Positions 8,952 to 16,378 of a stretch of 33,568 nt of DNA are shown piece by piece. The notes under the pieces were generated by a model. That model saw only the letters and a program-made list of their open reading frames with translations, had not been told where the DNA came from and did not search any database. Origin of the DNA: a plasmid; the NCBI RefSeq assembly GCF_988242995.1, contig NZ_OZ547045.1; one strand, written 5' to 3'. Both the position numbers and the translations under genes were made by a program. How positions within the stretch are numbered: the first letter of the stretch is position 1; every line of letters starts with the position of its first letter.

Positions 8952-9404
8952 ATGAGTAAAGTTATTGATTTTCCTACCGGGAAAAACAGGGAGAGAAGGG
9001 CTAAGGCGATCCGGGCGCGTCGTAATAAGGCGCAGCAGCGGAGCGGAATAACCCCCTCCCAATTTTGGTGGGTAAAGAAAATAAAGTTTCTCACCGTTAT
9101 TAAAGGGTCGGCACGTTTACTTTTGATACATTCAGGGTTATTAGTTGCCGACATCCTTATCTATCTCATCTTTATTTTAGGAAAACTCCTAAAGGTATTT
9201 ACGATAATTGGCATCATCGCGGCGCTTCTGTTTCTGGTCGTGGAATATAGGAAGGATTGGCAATATACGCAATCCGCAATCCACGTCGCAGCACTATTTG
9301 TTGGCCTGGTAGTAATACGTATCGGGCATGACAAACTACTGAATGGCCTGATAAGGCTTAAATCCTACCTATCCAGAAAAGGGCAACAACAATGCGGAAG
9401 ATAA
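8952..9404 (+). CDS. Membrane protein with a basic N-terminus and 2-3 TM helices, unknown function
   Basis: 150-aa ORF with a GGAG SD (aaggagttgacggATG). Hydrophobic segments lie at roughly aa 60-125. Confidence 0.6.
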   Translation: MSKVIDFPTGKNRERRAKAIRARRNKAQQRSGITPSQFWWVKKIKFLTVIKGSARLLLIHSGLLVADILIYLIFILGKLLKVFTIIGIIAALLFLVVEYRKDWQYTQSAIHVAALFVGLVVIRIGHDKLLNGLIRLKSYLSRKGQQQCGR

Positions 9405-9709
9405 TACTTGCGTCCGTGGTGATACTGGCATCGTCTTATTCGGCTGCCAGCCTTGCAAAAGATCCATGTAAGACATTAGCTTGCATGGCTGCAAAATCAG
9501 GTGGTGAGTTTGGGAGTGTTGGCGATAGTGATTGCTCTGGTGCCATAGCTGACTTCTTCAACATTGTGAAGAAAAACAAACACGGCTTCCTTCCTAACCA
9601 TACCGCCGATGCTCGCAAAGAATTTATTATGAGTTGTCCAGGAGCGGCGCAGAACACCGCCGCAGTTAACCGGGTTATTTCAATGTTTGGACGTATCAGG
9701 AAAGGTTAA
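9392..9709 (+). CDS. TrbM-like secreted Cys-containing protein
   Basis: 105 aa with a signal peptide. The conserved Cys pattern (DPCKTLACMAAK ... FFNIVKK ... ARKEFIMSCPGA) resembles the TrbM family. Confidence 0.6.
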   Translation: MRKIILASVVILASSYSAASLAKDPCKTLACMAAKSGGEFGSVGDSDCSGAIADFFNIVKKNKHGFLPNHTADARKEFIMSCPGAAQNTAAVNRVISMFGRIRKG

Positions 9710-9711
9710 AC

Positions 9712-10026
9712 ATGAAACTTAAAAGCATGATCTTTACCGCCGCTCTTTTACTGACAGGTTGCGCCAGTCAATCACAGGTTGAGCAGCTAACCAAGCAGGT
9801 GAACACGCTCAAAACAGATATGTATAACCTACAGATTCAACAGCGTAACGATACTAAGGCACTTCAGCGCGAGGTACAGAAATCTCGCCCAATCGGTGTT
9901 TGCTACCTTGACGGCCAGCCCTATTCACAGGGAGCGGTCATTGCTGGCCGCATTTGCGCCAGCAATGGCGTTATTGTCAACGACAGGCCCGCAGAAGTTT
10001 CATGGCAGGTTTATCACCGCCGCTAA
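9712..10026 (+). CDS. Lipoprotein with an Lpp-like coiled N-terminus and a Cys-containing C-terminal domain
   Basis: 104 aa with lipobox LLTGC. Followed by a strong terminator. Confidence 0.65.
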   Translation: MKLKSMIFTAALLLTGCASQSQVEQLTKQVNTLKTDMYNLQIQQRNDTKALQREVQKSRPIGVCYLDGQPYSQGAVIAGRICASNGVIVNDRPAEVSWQVYHRR

Positions 10027-10035
10027 CAGCAAATC

Positions 10036-10057
10036 CGGGGCTTCGGCCCCGTTTTTT
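10036..10057 (+). terminator. Rho-independent terminator
   Basis: CGGGGC-TTCG-GCCCCG followed by TTTTTT. Confidence 0.8.
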
Positions 10058-10071
10058 ATGGTACAGGTAGC

Positions 10072-10725
10072 ATGGACATACTTTCTCTTTTCCCGTCTAA
10101 CCTCATCGCATTATGGGCCGTCTCATTCGGTTTTCTGGCCGTCCTGTATTGGTGGAAAGTCACCGGCAGAAAACGCAGACACAAGCGCAAACAGCAACAG
10201 GCCCGGCGTGTACTCGCAAAAATTCAGACTCTACCGGGGTTCGGCTACAAGATCGCGTATCTCAGAAAGATAGACCCTTTCACCTTTGAAGAATTATTAC
10301 TGGAGGGGTTTGAATCGCATGGCTTCAGAACTATCAGAAACAAGCGCTATACCGGCGATGGAGGCATTGACGGCCAGGTAATCATTGGAAAGGATCGCTA
10401 TCTCATCCAGGCCAAACGCTATGGCGGTCATATCGCTTTACAGCACGTTCAGGAGTTCGATAAGTTGCTTAAACGTCATAATTGTCGCGGTCTGTTTTGC
10501 CATACCGGAAAAACCGGCGCAGGTTCAAAATCAGTTAGCCTTGCCAGTGATCGGATGGAGATTATCAGCGGCCAGCGCCTTATTGATTTACTCACGCCCG
10601 GCAGCTCCTTCACCATCGCAACCGCACCGCAGACAATGATGAGGCGTACCGCAGCAACGCGAGGAACGAACACCATTGTCGAGGAAGCGGATAAAGAAAC
10701 AACCAACAGCATGAGAGTTAATTAA
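10072..10725 (+). CDS. Membrane-anchored Mrr_cat (PD-(D/E)xK restriction-endonuclease-like) protein
   Basis: 217 aa with an N-terminal TM helix and a basic stretch. FTFEELLLEGFESHGF...YTGDGGIDGQVIIGKDRYLIQAKRYGGHI matches the Mrr catalytic-domain pattern (D...Q-x-K). Confidence 0.75.
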   Translation: MDILSLFPSNLIALWAVSFGFLAVLYWWKVTGRKRRHKRKQQQARRVLAKIQTLPGFGYKIAYLRKIDPFTFEELLLEGFESHGFRTIRNKRYTGDGGIDGQVIIGKDRYLIQAKRYGGHIALQHVQEFDKLLKRHNCRGLFCHTGKTGAGSKSVSLASDRMEIISGQRLIDLLTPGSSFTIATAPQTMMRRTAATRGTNTIVEEADKETTNSMRVN

Positions 10726-11127
10726 ATGAAGTCTGTAACTATAGAAGCTAAAGCGTTTGCTGAAATGTTGGGAATAACAGAGGGTGAGTTAGTTATTGCT
10801 ATCAAGACAACTGGAAAATTTAAAAACAAGACTATTCCACAGCCTCATACTCCCCATAAATCGAAGAACAGATTTTTATATTCTGACGTGGTGAAGTTTA
10901 TGGAATCAATAAAGCAAAAAGAAAATCTACATAAAAGTTACTTGATGCGTTTTCGTCGGTGCAGGTCATTAGATACTCTTGAAAAGGTATTTGAAAGTTT
11001 GCGCGAAAAGTTAACGGGTAACGAACTGGACGCAATGATGAGCGCGTCAGACCATCGCAGAGCCGAAATTGCTCACAATACTTTATGGGATAAAGTCCCG
11101 GCATCTGCATGGAGAAATGTAAAATAA
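10726..11127 (+). CDS. Hypothetical protein, possible N-terminal HTH; start abuts the nuclease stop
   Basis: 133 aa. The ATG follows the TAA of the upstream gene directly (TAAATG). FAEMLGITEGELVIAI is HTH-like. A terminator follows. Confidence 0.55.
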   Translation: MKSVTIEAKAFAEMLGITEGELVIAIKTTGKFKNKTIPQPHTPHKSKNRFLYSDVVKFMESIKQKENLHKSYLMRFRRCRSLDTLEKVFESLREKLTGNELDAMMSASDHRRAEIAHNTLWDKVPASAWRNVK

Positions 11128-11132
11128 ACAAG

Positions 11133-11155
11133 GCCCGGCACCGGGCTTTGTTTTT
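11133..11155. terminator. Bidirectional rho-independent terminator
   Basis: GCCCGG-CA-CCGGGC is flanked by A-rich and T-rich runs. It lies between two convergent genes (ends at 11127 and 11159). Confidence 0.75.
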
Positions 11156-11158
11156 AGT

Positions 11159-11485
11159 CTATCCAATCAGCACTTTTATTTTAGCCCTAACCTCAGCTAA
11201 TACGACAGGAGGCACTTTTCCCTTTTTAACCGCGCCACGTTCCCGCCAATCAAGGCTTTTCACCTGGTCAGCCAGTACAGCGCTCCCCTCCCCGCTCATA
11301 ACCTCAAACGGATAACCTTTTATTTTTGTTGTCATAGGGCAGCACAGCAACAACCCTATTCTGCCGTTATATACCGCAGGGCTTAACACTAAGGCTGGTC
11401 TATGCCCCGCTTGTTCATGCCCTGCTTGCGGATTAAAATCCATCCATACAATATCACCGGCATCAGGAATATAGTCATTCGCCAT
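11159..11485 (-). CDS. mazF: MazF/ChpB-family endoribonuclease toxin
   Basis: 108 aa. YIPDAGDIVWMDFNPQAGHEQAGHRPALVLSP...KGYPFEV...LADQVKSLDWRERGA...IKVLIG is closely colinear with E. coli MazF. Confidence 0.92.
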   Translation of the reverse strand: MANDYIPDAGDIVWMDFNPQAGHEQAGHRPALVLSPAVYNGRIGLLLCCPMTTKIKGYPFEVMSGEGSAVLADQVKSLDWRERGAVKKGKVPPVVLAEVRAKIKVLIG

Positions 11486-11753
11486 TTTCTAACTTCTTCC
11501 TTCTATAGCCAACCCAGATAAACGTCAAAATGATAACGCCGCAAAGAATAAACATCAGTGCAACTGGAGTTGTATCGAGCACAGAAATAACTTGCTTACC
11601 ACCCTGATCGTCTAATGAAAAAGATTTATCATTAAACAACCTGTCTATACCCAACCATATTGAGTAAACGGCAATCCAAACCCATGCAACCTTACCGGCT
11701 ATATCCAGTAAAGCCACCACTCTTTTAAATATTTTTTTCATTGCAGGAGACAT
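11475..11753 (-). CDS. Two-TM membrane protein inserted between mazE and mazF
   Basis: 92-aa ORF with a GAGGTG SD inside the mazE 3' end. Its start lies 1 nt after the mazE stop. Its stop overlaps the mazF start by 11 nt. Confidence 0.65.
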   Translation of the reverse strand: MSPAMKKIFKRVVALLDIAGKVAWVWIAVYSIWLGIDRLFNDKSFSLDDQGGKQVISVLDTTPVALMFILCGVIILTFIWVGYRRKKLENGE

Positions 11754-11754
11754 A

Positions 11755-12000
11755 TTACAACACCTCTTTTCCTACTGGTGCGCCGAAAGAAATTTCCTCA
11801 TGAATATTCTCGTTAGTAACACAGGCCATCAAAGCATCCAGTGAATATTCCTTCGTTTTAACCGGCACAATAGTAATTTTCCCGTCCTCAACAGACAGCT
11901 CCACTACATCATTCACGCTTAAAGAAGCCTCCCGGATAATCGAAGAAGGGAGACGAACGGACGGGCTGTTACCCCATTTTTTAATAGTTACTTGAGTCAT
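11755..12000 (-). CDS. mazE: MazE/AbrB-fold antitoxin
   Basis: 81 aa. KKWGNSPSVRLPSSII...DGKITIVPV...NENIHEEISFGAPVGKEV is colinear with E. coli MazE. Confidence 0.9.
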   Translation of the reverse strand: MTQVTIKKWGNSPSVRLPSSIIREASLSVNDVVELSVEDGKITIVPVKTKEYSLDALMACVTNENIHEEISFGAPVGKEVL

Positions 12001-12030
12001 TACGCACCTCAGTTAAAAGCAGTTAGCCGG

Positions 12031-12237
12031 TTATCGGCTATTTAAGATGTACCAGGTTTCTTTAGCTTTAAAGAAAGCCCATACCCACGCCAGAGCTGAA
12101 GCTATACACAACGCCGTCATATTGACGAAGTTTCCCGGCGTGTATTCAGGGCCATGTAAAACAAGACCCGCCAGAGAAGCCAGGCTAATGACTATGAAAA
12201 TCAGTCCAAACATGATGTGAAAAATAAGCCAAAACAC
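12031..12237 (-). CDS. Two-TM small membrane protein, first gene of the mazE operon
   Basis: 68 aa with a GTG start preceded by GGAGGTG. It lies 30 nt upstream of mazE and downstream of the paired palindromes. Confidence 0.6.
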   Translation of the reverse strand: MFWLIFHIMFGLIFIVISLASLAGLVLHGPEYTPGNFVNMTALCIASALAWVWAFFKAKETWYILNSR

Positions 12238-12249
12238 TCACCACCTCCC

Positions 12250-12313
12250 GTATCAACCTTGTTGATACATTAACGCTACACTCTGTAGATTGACGTGTCA
12301 ACATTGTTGATAC
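12250..12313. promoter_or_regulatory. Two related palindromic operators upstream of the orf68-mazE-orf92-mazF operon
   Basis: GTATCAAC-CTT-GTTGATAC (12250..12268) and GTGTCAAC-ATT-GTTGATAC (12295..12313). The second contains a minus-strand TTGACA. Confidence 0.6.
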
Positions 12314-12337
12314 AGGTAGTGTCTCATAAACGATGAG

Positions 12338-12442
12338 TTTTGTTACACCGCTCCCGACCTATCCAAAAGCATCAAAATGTATGTTGCCAGTGTAACAAAA
12401 CTCGTTACAATAGTATGTGTAACAAAAACGGTGTAACAAAAA
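12338..12442. promoter_or_regulatory. res-like repeat cluster upstream of the serine recombinase
   Basis: GTGTAACAAAA occurs as a direct repeat at 12390, 12417 and 12431 and inverted at 12338..12348. There is also a TGTAAC-N7-GTTACA dyad at 12391..12409. Confidence 0.6.
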
Positions 12443-12451
12443 GCAGGACAT

Positions 12452-13036
12452 ATGAAGATAGGCTACGCCAGAAAGTCAACTAAAGAGCAAGACACATCGC
12501 TTGAGTACCAGATTGAGGCTTTACAAAAAGCCGGGTGCGAAAAGTGGTATGCGGAGCAGGTATCGAGAAGCGGTAGTAAACGGCTTAAAGCAGGTACACC
12601 AGAGTTAGAAAATTGCATCAAAGCGCTTCGCCCTGGTGACACGCTGGTTGTGTGGGCGCTAGATCGGTTGGGCGGGACTCTATTACAGCTTTTGCAGCTT
12701 ATGAATGAGCTACGCAACAAAGGCATTCATTTTGAAAGTATTAAAGAACATATCGACACACAAAGTCCAATGGGTGAAATGTACTATTCGCTCATAGCTA
12801 TTTTTTCCAATTTCGAGGTAGCCAGAAACCACGAAAGGACAATGGCCGGGCTTGCGGCTGCAAAGAAGAAAGGGCGCATTGGTGGCAGAAAACCAAAGCT
12901 ATCACCACAAGACATAAAAGAAATTAACGCGCTTGTTAAATCGCCAGAAGTTACGGTAAAAGAGATCGCGGCTCGTTTTAACGTGTCACGGCCAACGATT
13001 TACAGACACATTACCCCCGATAGTAATACTGATTAA
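12452..13036 (+). CDS. Small serine recombinase (resolvase/invertase family), probable multimer resolvase
   Basis: 194 aa. It has the catalytic N-terminus MKIGYARKSTKEQ, then LVVWALDRLG, GRIGGRKPKL and a C-terminal HTH (VSRPTIYRHI). Confidence 0.9.
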   Translation: MKIGYARKSTKEQDTSLEYQIEALQKAGCEKWYAEQVSRSGSKRLKAGTPELENCIKALRPGDTLVVWALDRLGGTLLQLLQLMNELRNKGIHFESIKEHIDTQSPMGEMYYSLIAIFSNFEVARNHERTMAGLAAAKKKGRIGGRKPKLSPQDIKEINALVKSPEVTVKEIAARFNVSRPTIYRHITPDSNTD

Positions 13037-13068
13037 CCGGCGGCAAACGGTAGCGAAGGAGCTAAACA

Positions 13069-13953
13069 GTGACAGATAAATCAGTACCAGCGAAGCAGAT
13101 AAAAACGGTAAACACCGGAATCGCGATTAAAGAGAATCCCCCCAAAGGGGATGATATGGCATTCACCCATTCGATATTGTGTCAAGTTGGCCTCCCCCGC
13201 TCTAAAGTGGATGGCCGGGAGTTCATGAGAAAATCAGGCGATGCCTGGCTAGTTGTCCAGGCCGGCTGGCTTGATGAAGGAAGCGGCCCGGTAGAACAAC
13301 CGATCCCCTACGGCTCAATGCCCCGTTTAGCGCTCGCCTGGGTATCGTCGTATGCACTCCGCAAAAAGACCCGCGAAATACCGATCGGTAAGAGTGCTAA
13401 TGAGTTCCTGCAATTAATGGGTTTATCAGGCGGCGGCAGACAATACAAAACACTACGCGAACAAATGCACGCGCTGGCAGCTTGCCGGTTGCAGTTAGGT
13501 TTTAAAGGTCGTTCTTTCAACGGCCAGCCTGTAGAGCAATTCGATGCCTGGCAGAAAGACGACCAAAGCGGCCAGCTAAGTTTATGGCCGGGCGTAATGA
13601 CCCTTTCAGAAGGGTACTTTAATGGGCTGATTGATAGCGCCGTTCCTCTCGATAACCGCGCTCTGTACGCGCTAAAGGGTTCGGCATTGTCGTTAGATGT
13701 TTATACGTGGCTTGCGCATCGTCTACACCGCATCCAGGGCCGACCGATTAAACTTCACTGGATGAATTTACGGGAGCAGTTTGCGCAAGAGTATATGGGT
13801 AAAGACCCTGACAAAGATTTTAAGAAGAAATTTCTTCCAGCTCTGCGCGACGTACTGACTGTATACCCACAGGCGAAGGTGGATAAAGTCACCGGAGGGA
13901 TATTACTGTATCCGTCTCCCCCACCTATCCCGTTCAAGGAAGGAAAAAAATAG
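13069..13953 (+). CDS. repA: Replication initiator RepA
   Basis: 294 aa with a GTG start and a GAAGGAG SD. FTHSILCQVGLPR... resembles the replication initiator protein A family, as I recall it. An iteron array lies immediately downstream. An alternative start is M30 at 13156. Confidence 0.75.
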   Translation: MTDKSVPAKQIKTVNTGIAIKENPPKGDDMAFTHSILCQVGLPRSKVDGREFMRKSGDAWLVVQAGWLDEGSGPVEQPIPYGSMPRLALAWVSSYALRKKTREIPIGKSANEFLQLMGLSGGGRQYKTLREQMHALAACRLQLGFKGRSFNGQPVEQFDAWQKDDQSGQLSLWPGVMTLSEGYFNGLIDSAVPLDNRALYALKGSALSLDVYTWLAHRLHRIQGRPIKLHWMNLREQFAQEYMGKDPDKDFKKKFLPALRDVLTVYPQAKVDKVTGGILLYPSPPPIPFKEGKK

Positions 13954-13975
13954 GCCCATACGGGCCTTTTTTTTA
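13953..13975 (+). terminator. Rho-independent terminator after repA
   Basis: GGCCC-ATAC-GGGCC followed by T8. Confidence 0.8.
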
Positions 13976-14056
13976 TTCACAGCAATTCCACTGCGATTTT
14001 CTGACCAGATCGGGGTAATGTGAACAAACCTGTAAAAAACCTGTTGAAACATGAAG

Positions 14057-14400
14057 TTATCCACGTACATCCGACCCCCCTGATTACCGTACATCCGACC
14101 CCCCTTGTCGTACATCCGACCCCCTAGCTTTGTACATCCGACCCCCTAAGTCGTACATCCGACCCCCTTTTTTTGTACATCCGACCCCCTATTTTTTGTA
14201 CATTAGACCCCCTGAAAATACGTACATCAGACCCCCCCTAAACCTATAAGGTGATCTCCTGTAGGTTTCCTGTAGTTTGACCGATAGCACTTAACCTATA
14301 AATTTTGCTTCTAAGAGATCAGCCTGTATGAATGCCCTCCGATAATTTATTCAATAAAATCAGTGGATAAAATAATAAATCGAATAATTTAAGTTCAGTG
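14057..14400. other. oriV region: DnaA boxes flanking the iterons plus an A+T-rich segment
   Basis: TTATCCACG at 14057..14065 abuts iteron 1. GTGGATAA (the box on the minus strand) is at 14363..14370. The stretch 14330-14400 is strongly A+T-rich. Confidence 0.7.
14065..14238 (+). repeat. oriV iterons: 8 direct repeats of GTACATCCGACCCCC
   Basis: Copies start at 14065, 14089, 14110, 14132, 14153, 14175, 14198 (GTACATTAGACCCCC) and 14222 (GTACATCAGACCCCC). Spacing is 21-24 bp. Confidence 0.9.
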
Positions 14401-14713
14401 TGTACGTGCCAATATCAGCAGCGGGAGCCTTTGCGCTTCCTCGCTTTTGTTGTTCGTTCCTCGCGTTGCTGCGGTACGCCTCAACAAAAGACTGCGGCGA
14501 GCGCTGCGATCTCTCAGGTAACAGATTGGGATTTAGTGCAAAGGGGGGAGGTAAAAAAGAGTGAGGCCCATCACCGGCAAGTAATGGGCCTCTGTCTTTC
14601 CTGCGAAGGAGCAGATTAGACGTTGTAAGAAGTATAGACGAAAGCAGTGTGGTATTGAAAGGGGATTCAGAGCGCCCTATATTTAATCATCAATACATCA
14701 ATTTTGGTGACTT

Positions 14714-15133
14714 ATGAAAAAAACGCTATTGAGCCTAACCCTGTTAGCTACCACCTGTCAGGCAAGCGCCCAGCCTTGCACAGTGATCTTTGAAAATGGT
14801 CAGTTAATTACGTTACCGGCGGCTGTCACTCAGGCAGACCAGGTGAAAGGGCTATCTGGTGATAATCACAACACCGGCTTAATCCTGGCATGGAACACAG
14901 CAGAACCCCGCGCAGTCTGGATGAAAAACACACCGAATCCACTTACAGCGGCGTTTATCAGTGCAAATGGCGTAATCCAGAGCGTTCAGGATATGCAGCC
15001 CAACAGCGACACCGCGCATTCATCCCTCCACCCGACCATAGCAATCATTGAGATGAGGACGGAAAAATTTAAACAGTTCAAATTATCAAAAGGCGACAAA
15101 GTCATTTCCAGCCAATGTTTCCCCCTCAAATAA
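14714..15133 (+). CDS. DUF192-family secreted protein
   Basis: 139 aa with a signal peptide. The pattern GLSG...LILAW...AVWMKNTPNPLTAAFISANGVI...IIEM...GDKV fits DUF192 (COG1430), as I recall it. Confidence 0.65.
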   Translation: MKKTLLSLTLLATTCQASAQPCTVIFENGQLITLPAAVTQADQVKGLSGDNHNTGLILAWNTAEPRAVWMKNTPNPLTAAFISANGVIQSVQDMQPNSDTAHSSLHPTIAIIEMRTEKFKQFKLSKGDKVISSQCFPLK

Positions 15134-15579
15134 CGCCTCAGAACCCCGTAGAGCCATTCAATCAGAAAAAAGCGGCCTCATGTACAGCTCAACCAAAATA
15201 GCCGCTTACAGAGCCATACAGCGCGTATATAACCAATATCGCCCGGCGGCACCGGCGCTAACGTGCCTGTAGGGGCGCTGGCCGCGCTGCGGCCATCCCC
15301 CCAACACCCGGATAAATCGCGCCCGGCCCGTCGCTACGCGCCAGCCCGCCCGCTCAACCGGGCCGTTGTGACGGGCCACTGTTCCGGCAGCGGCATCGTG
15401 TGACAGCCCGCTAAAACCGGCTTTGCAGGGAGGGGGTGGGCGCGTCTCCCGGTTTGATCCCGCAAGGCCCGGCAATTTGACCACGTCGCCCAGGTTGAGA
15501 TCGGCGCAGTTGCCTTTTATTTGTCGGCATCGGCGCTAAATTTAAGTAAATTTATCGTACTATATAATGATACTTAAAG

Positions 15580-15608
15580 TTGACTTTTGAGGGGGAAAAG
15601 CCTATACT
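15580..15608 (+). promoter_or_regulatory. Promoter P1 (TTGACT-N17-TATACT)
   Basis: -35 at 15580..15585, -10 at 15603..15608, exact 17-bp spacer. AATGATAC lies just upstream. Confidence 0.75.
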
Positions 15609-15615
15609 TTATTTA

Positions 15616-15690
15616 CGGTTAGCAATGGTGCTGACCGACCCGGAACCAGTGGCGGCAACCGCTCCGGGGAACTTGCGAAGGGGGCAAGAA
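15616..15690 (+). promoter_or_regulatory. Structured leader L1 (hairpin 1 + hairpin 2 + TGCGAAGG SD block)
   Basis: CGGTTAGCA-ATGG-TGCTGACCG, then CCCGG-AACC-AGTGG-CGGCAA-CCGCT-CCGGG, then TGCGAAGG 10 nt before the ATG. Confidence 0.7.
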
Positions 15691-15960
15691 ATGAATTTAA
15701 CCACACTGCTTAAAAAGCATTTTGATATTGAGGAATGTACAGATGTAGACCCTATGGTAAACCGGGAGGTTTACGCCATATGGGTTTATGAAAAAGGCGA
15801 GGATTGCGAGCCGCTTTTAATCCTCAAAGATGCTCAGGATGTTATGGGCGTAGACGGCTGGCTTGTCGGGAATATCTATTCCACGTTGCAACATGGCTTA
15901 TTGCTTCAGCATGAAGAACTGAAAATGATGATCCGAAACGGCGAGATTAAGAGCCGTTAA
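15691..15960 (+). CDS. Hypothetical leading-region protein (89 aa)
   Basis: The ATG at 15691 follows the conserved leader/SD. The ORF-track start at 15580 lies in the promoter. Confidence 0.65.
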   Translation: MNLTTLLKKHFDIEECTDVDPMVNREVYAIWVYEKGEDCEPLLILKDAQDVMGVDGWLVGNIYSTLQHGLLLQHEELKMMIRNGEIKSR

Positions 15961-15969
15961 ATGTTTATG

Positions 15970-16048
15970 CGGTCGGCAATGGTGCCGACCGGCCCGGAAT
16001 CAGCGGCGGCAACCGCTCCGGGCAAACTGCGAAGGTACAGAGGCTAAT
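15970..16048 (+). promoter_or_regulatory. Structured leader L2 (intercistronic, no promoter)
   Basis: CGGTCGGCA-ATGG-TGCCGACCG carries compensatory changes relative to L1. It has a full hairpin 2 and CTGCGAAGG. Confidence 0.7.
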
Positions 16049-16264
16049 ATGTCAGTAAAAGATTTCTCCCCTACCCTGGAAATTAAATTCCATCGTCGCC
16101 GCTGGCGTATCATGGCTGGATGCTCAAGCCTGGCGTCGTTCCGCTCCGAGCAGGACGCGATTGATGCGCTCAATAAGCGGCGCTCATTCTATGAATATTG
16201 GGCCGGTTCTGCCGGTGTCCAGGCAGAGAACACCGAGCCGGTGATAGTCCACATAACCTATTGA
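16049..16264 (+). CDS. Hypothetical leading-region protein (71 aa)
   Basis: The ORF starts after leader L2 and is followed by a terminator. Confidence 0.6.
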   Translation: MSVKDFSPTLEIKFHRRRWRIMAGCSSLASFRSEQDAIDALNKRRSFYEYWAGSAGVQAENTEPVIVHITY

Positions 16265-16274
16265 ACACTTTTAA

Positions 16275-16297
16275 AGCCCGTAAACCGGGCTTTTTTA
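16275..16297 (+). terminator. Rho-independent terminator
   Basis: GCCCG-TAAAC-CGGGC followed by TTTTTT. Confidence 0.75.
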
Positions 16298-16341
16298 GTC
16301 TTTAAAGTACAATTAAAAGTAAAAAATAATGATACCAATAG

Positions 16342-16370
16342 TTGACTTATGGAGGGTGAACACCTATACT
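16342..16370 (+). promoter_or_regulatory. Promoter P2 (TTGACT-N17-TATACT)
   Basis: -35 at 16342..16347, -10 at 16365..16370. AATGATACC lies upstream. It has no GC-rich CUP segment. Confidence 0.75.
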
Positions 16371-16378
16371 TTATTCAT

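Larger units (their letters stand above)
15249..15690 (+). repeat. CUP-like upstream repeat, copy A (5'-truncated)
   Basis: Near-identical to 18510..18959 and 20666..21113. It consists of a GC-rich segment, an A+T-rich segment, a promoter and a leader. Confidence 0.9.

Noticed and set aside
8823-9154. Minus-strand ORFs of 79 and 102 aa opposite the H-NS-like and membrane-protein genes
   Set aside because: They overlap better-supported plus-strand genes that have SDs and recognisable motifs. They have no signals of their own.
14065-14238. CRISPR-like regular repeat array
   Set aside because: Spacers are only 6-9 bp, the repeats are 15 bp and non-palindromic, and the array directly follows repA. 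It is an iteron origin.
14398-14619. 73-aa ORF next to oriV
   Set aside because: It has no SD and is Cys/Arg-rich. It overlaps a large hairpin and the ColE1-like strings, so it is better explained as a structural DNA element.
15540-15620. Frpo-type single-strand promoter hairpin at the CUP promoters
   Set aside because: An ssDNA promoter needs an inverted copy of the -35/-10 region nearby. Only a 6-bp GTAAAT/ATTTAC complementarity flanks the promoter. The hexamers and the 17-bp spacer look like an ordinary duplex sigma70 promoter.
15580-15690. N-terminal extensions of ORF-track genes (MTFEGEKPILYL..., MEGEHLYFIHRL..., MTYQAAKSILYL...) at 15580, 16349, 18849, 21050 and 21774
   Set aside because: These starts fall inside the -35/-10 promoter hexamers and read through the structured leader. 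The downstream ATGs sit at a fixed distance from the conserved GAAGG SD block.
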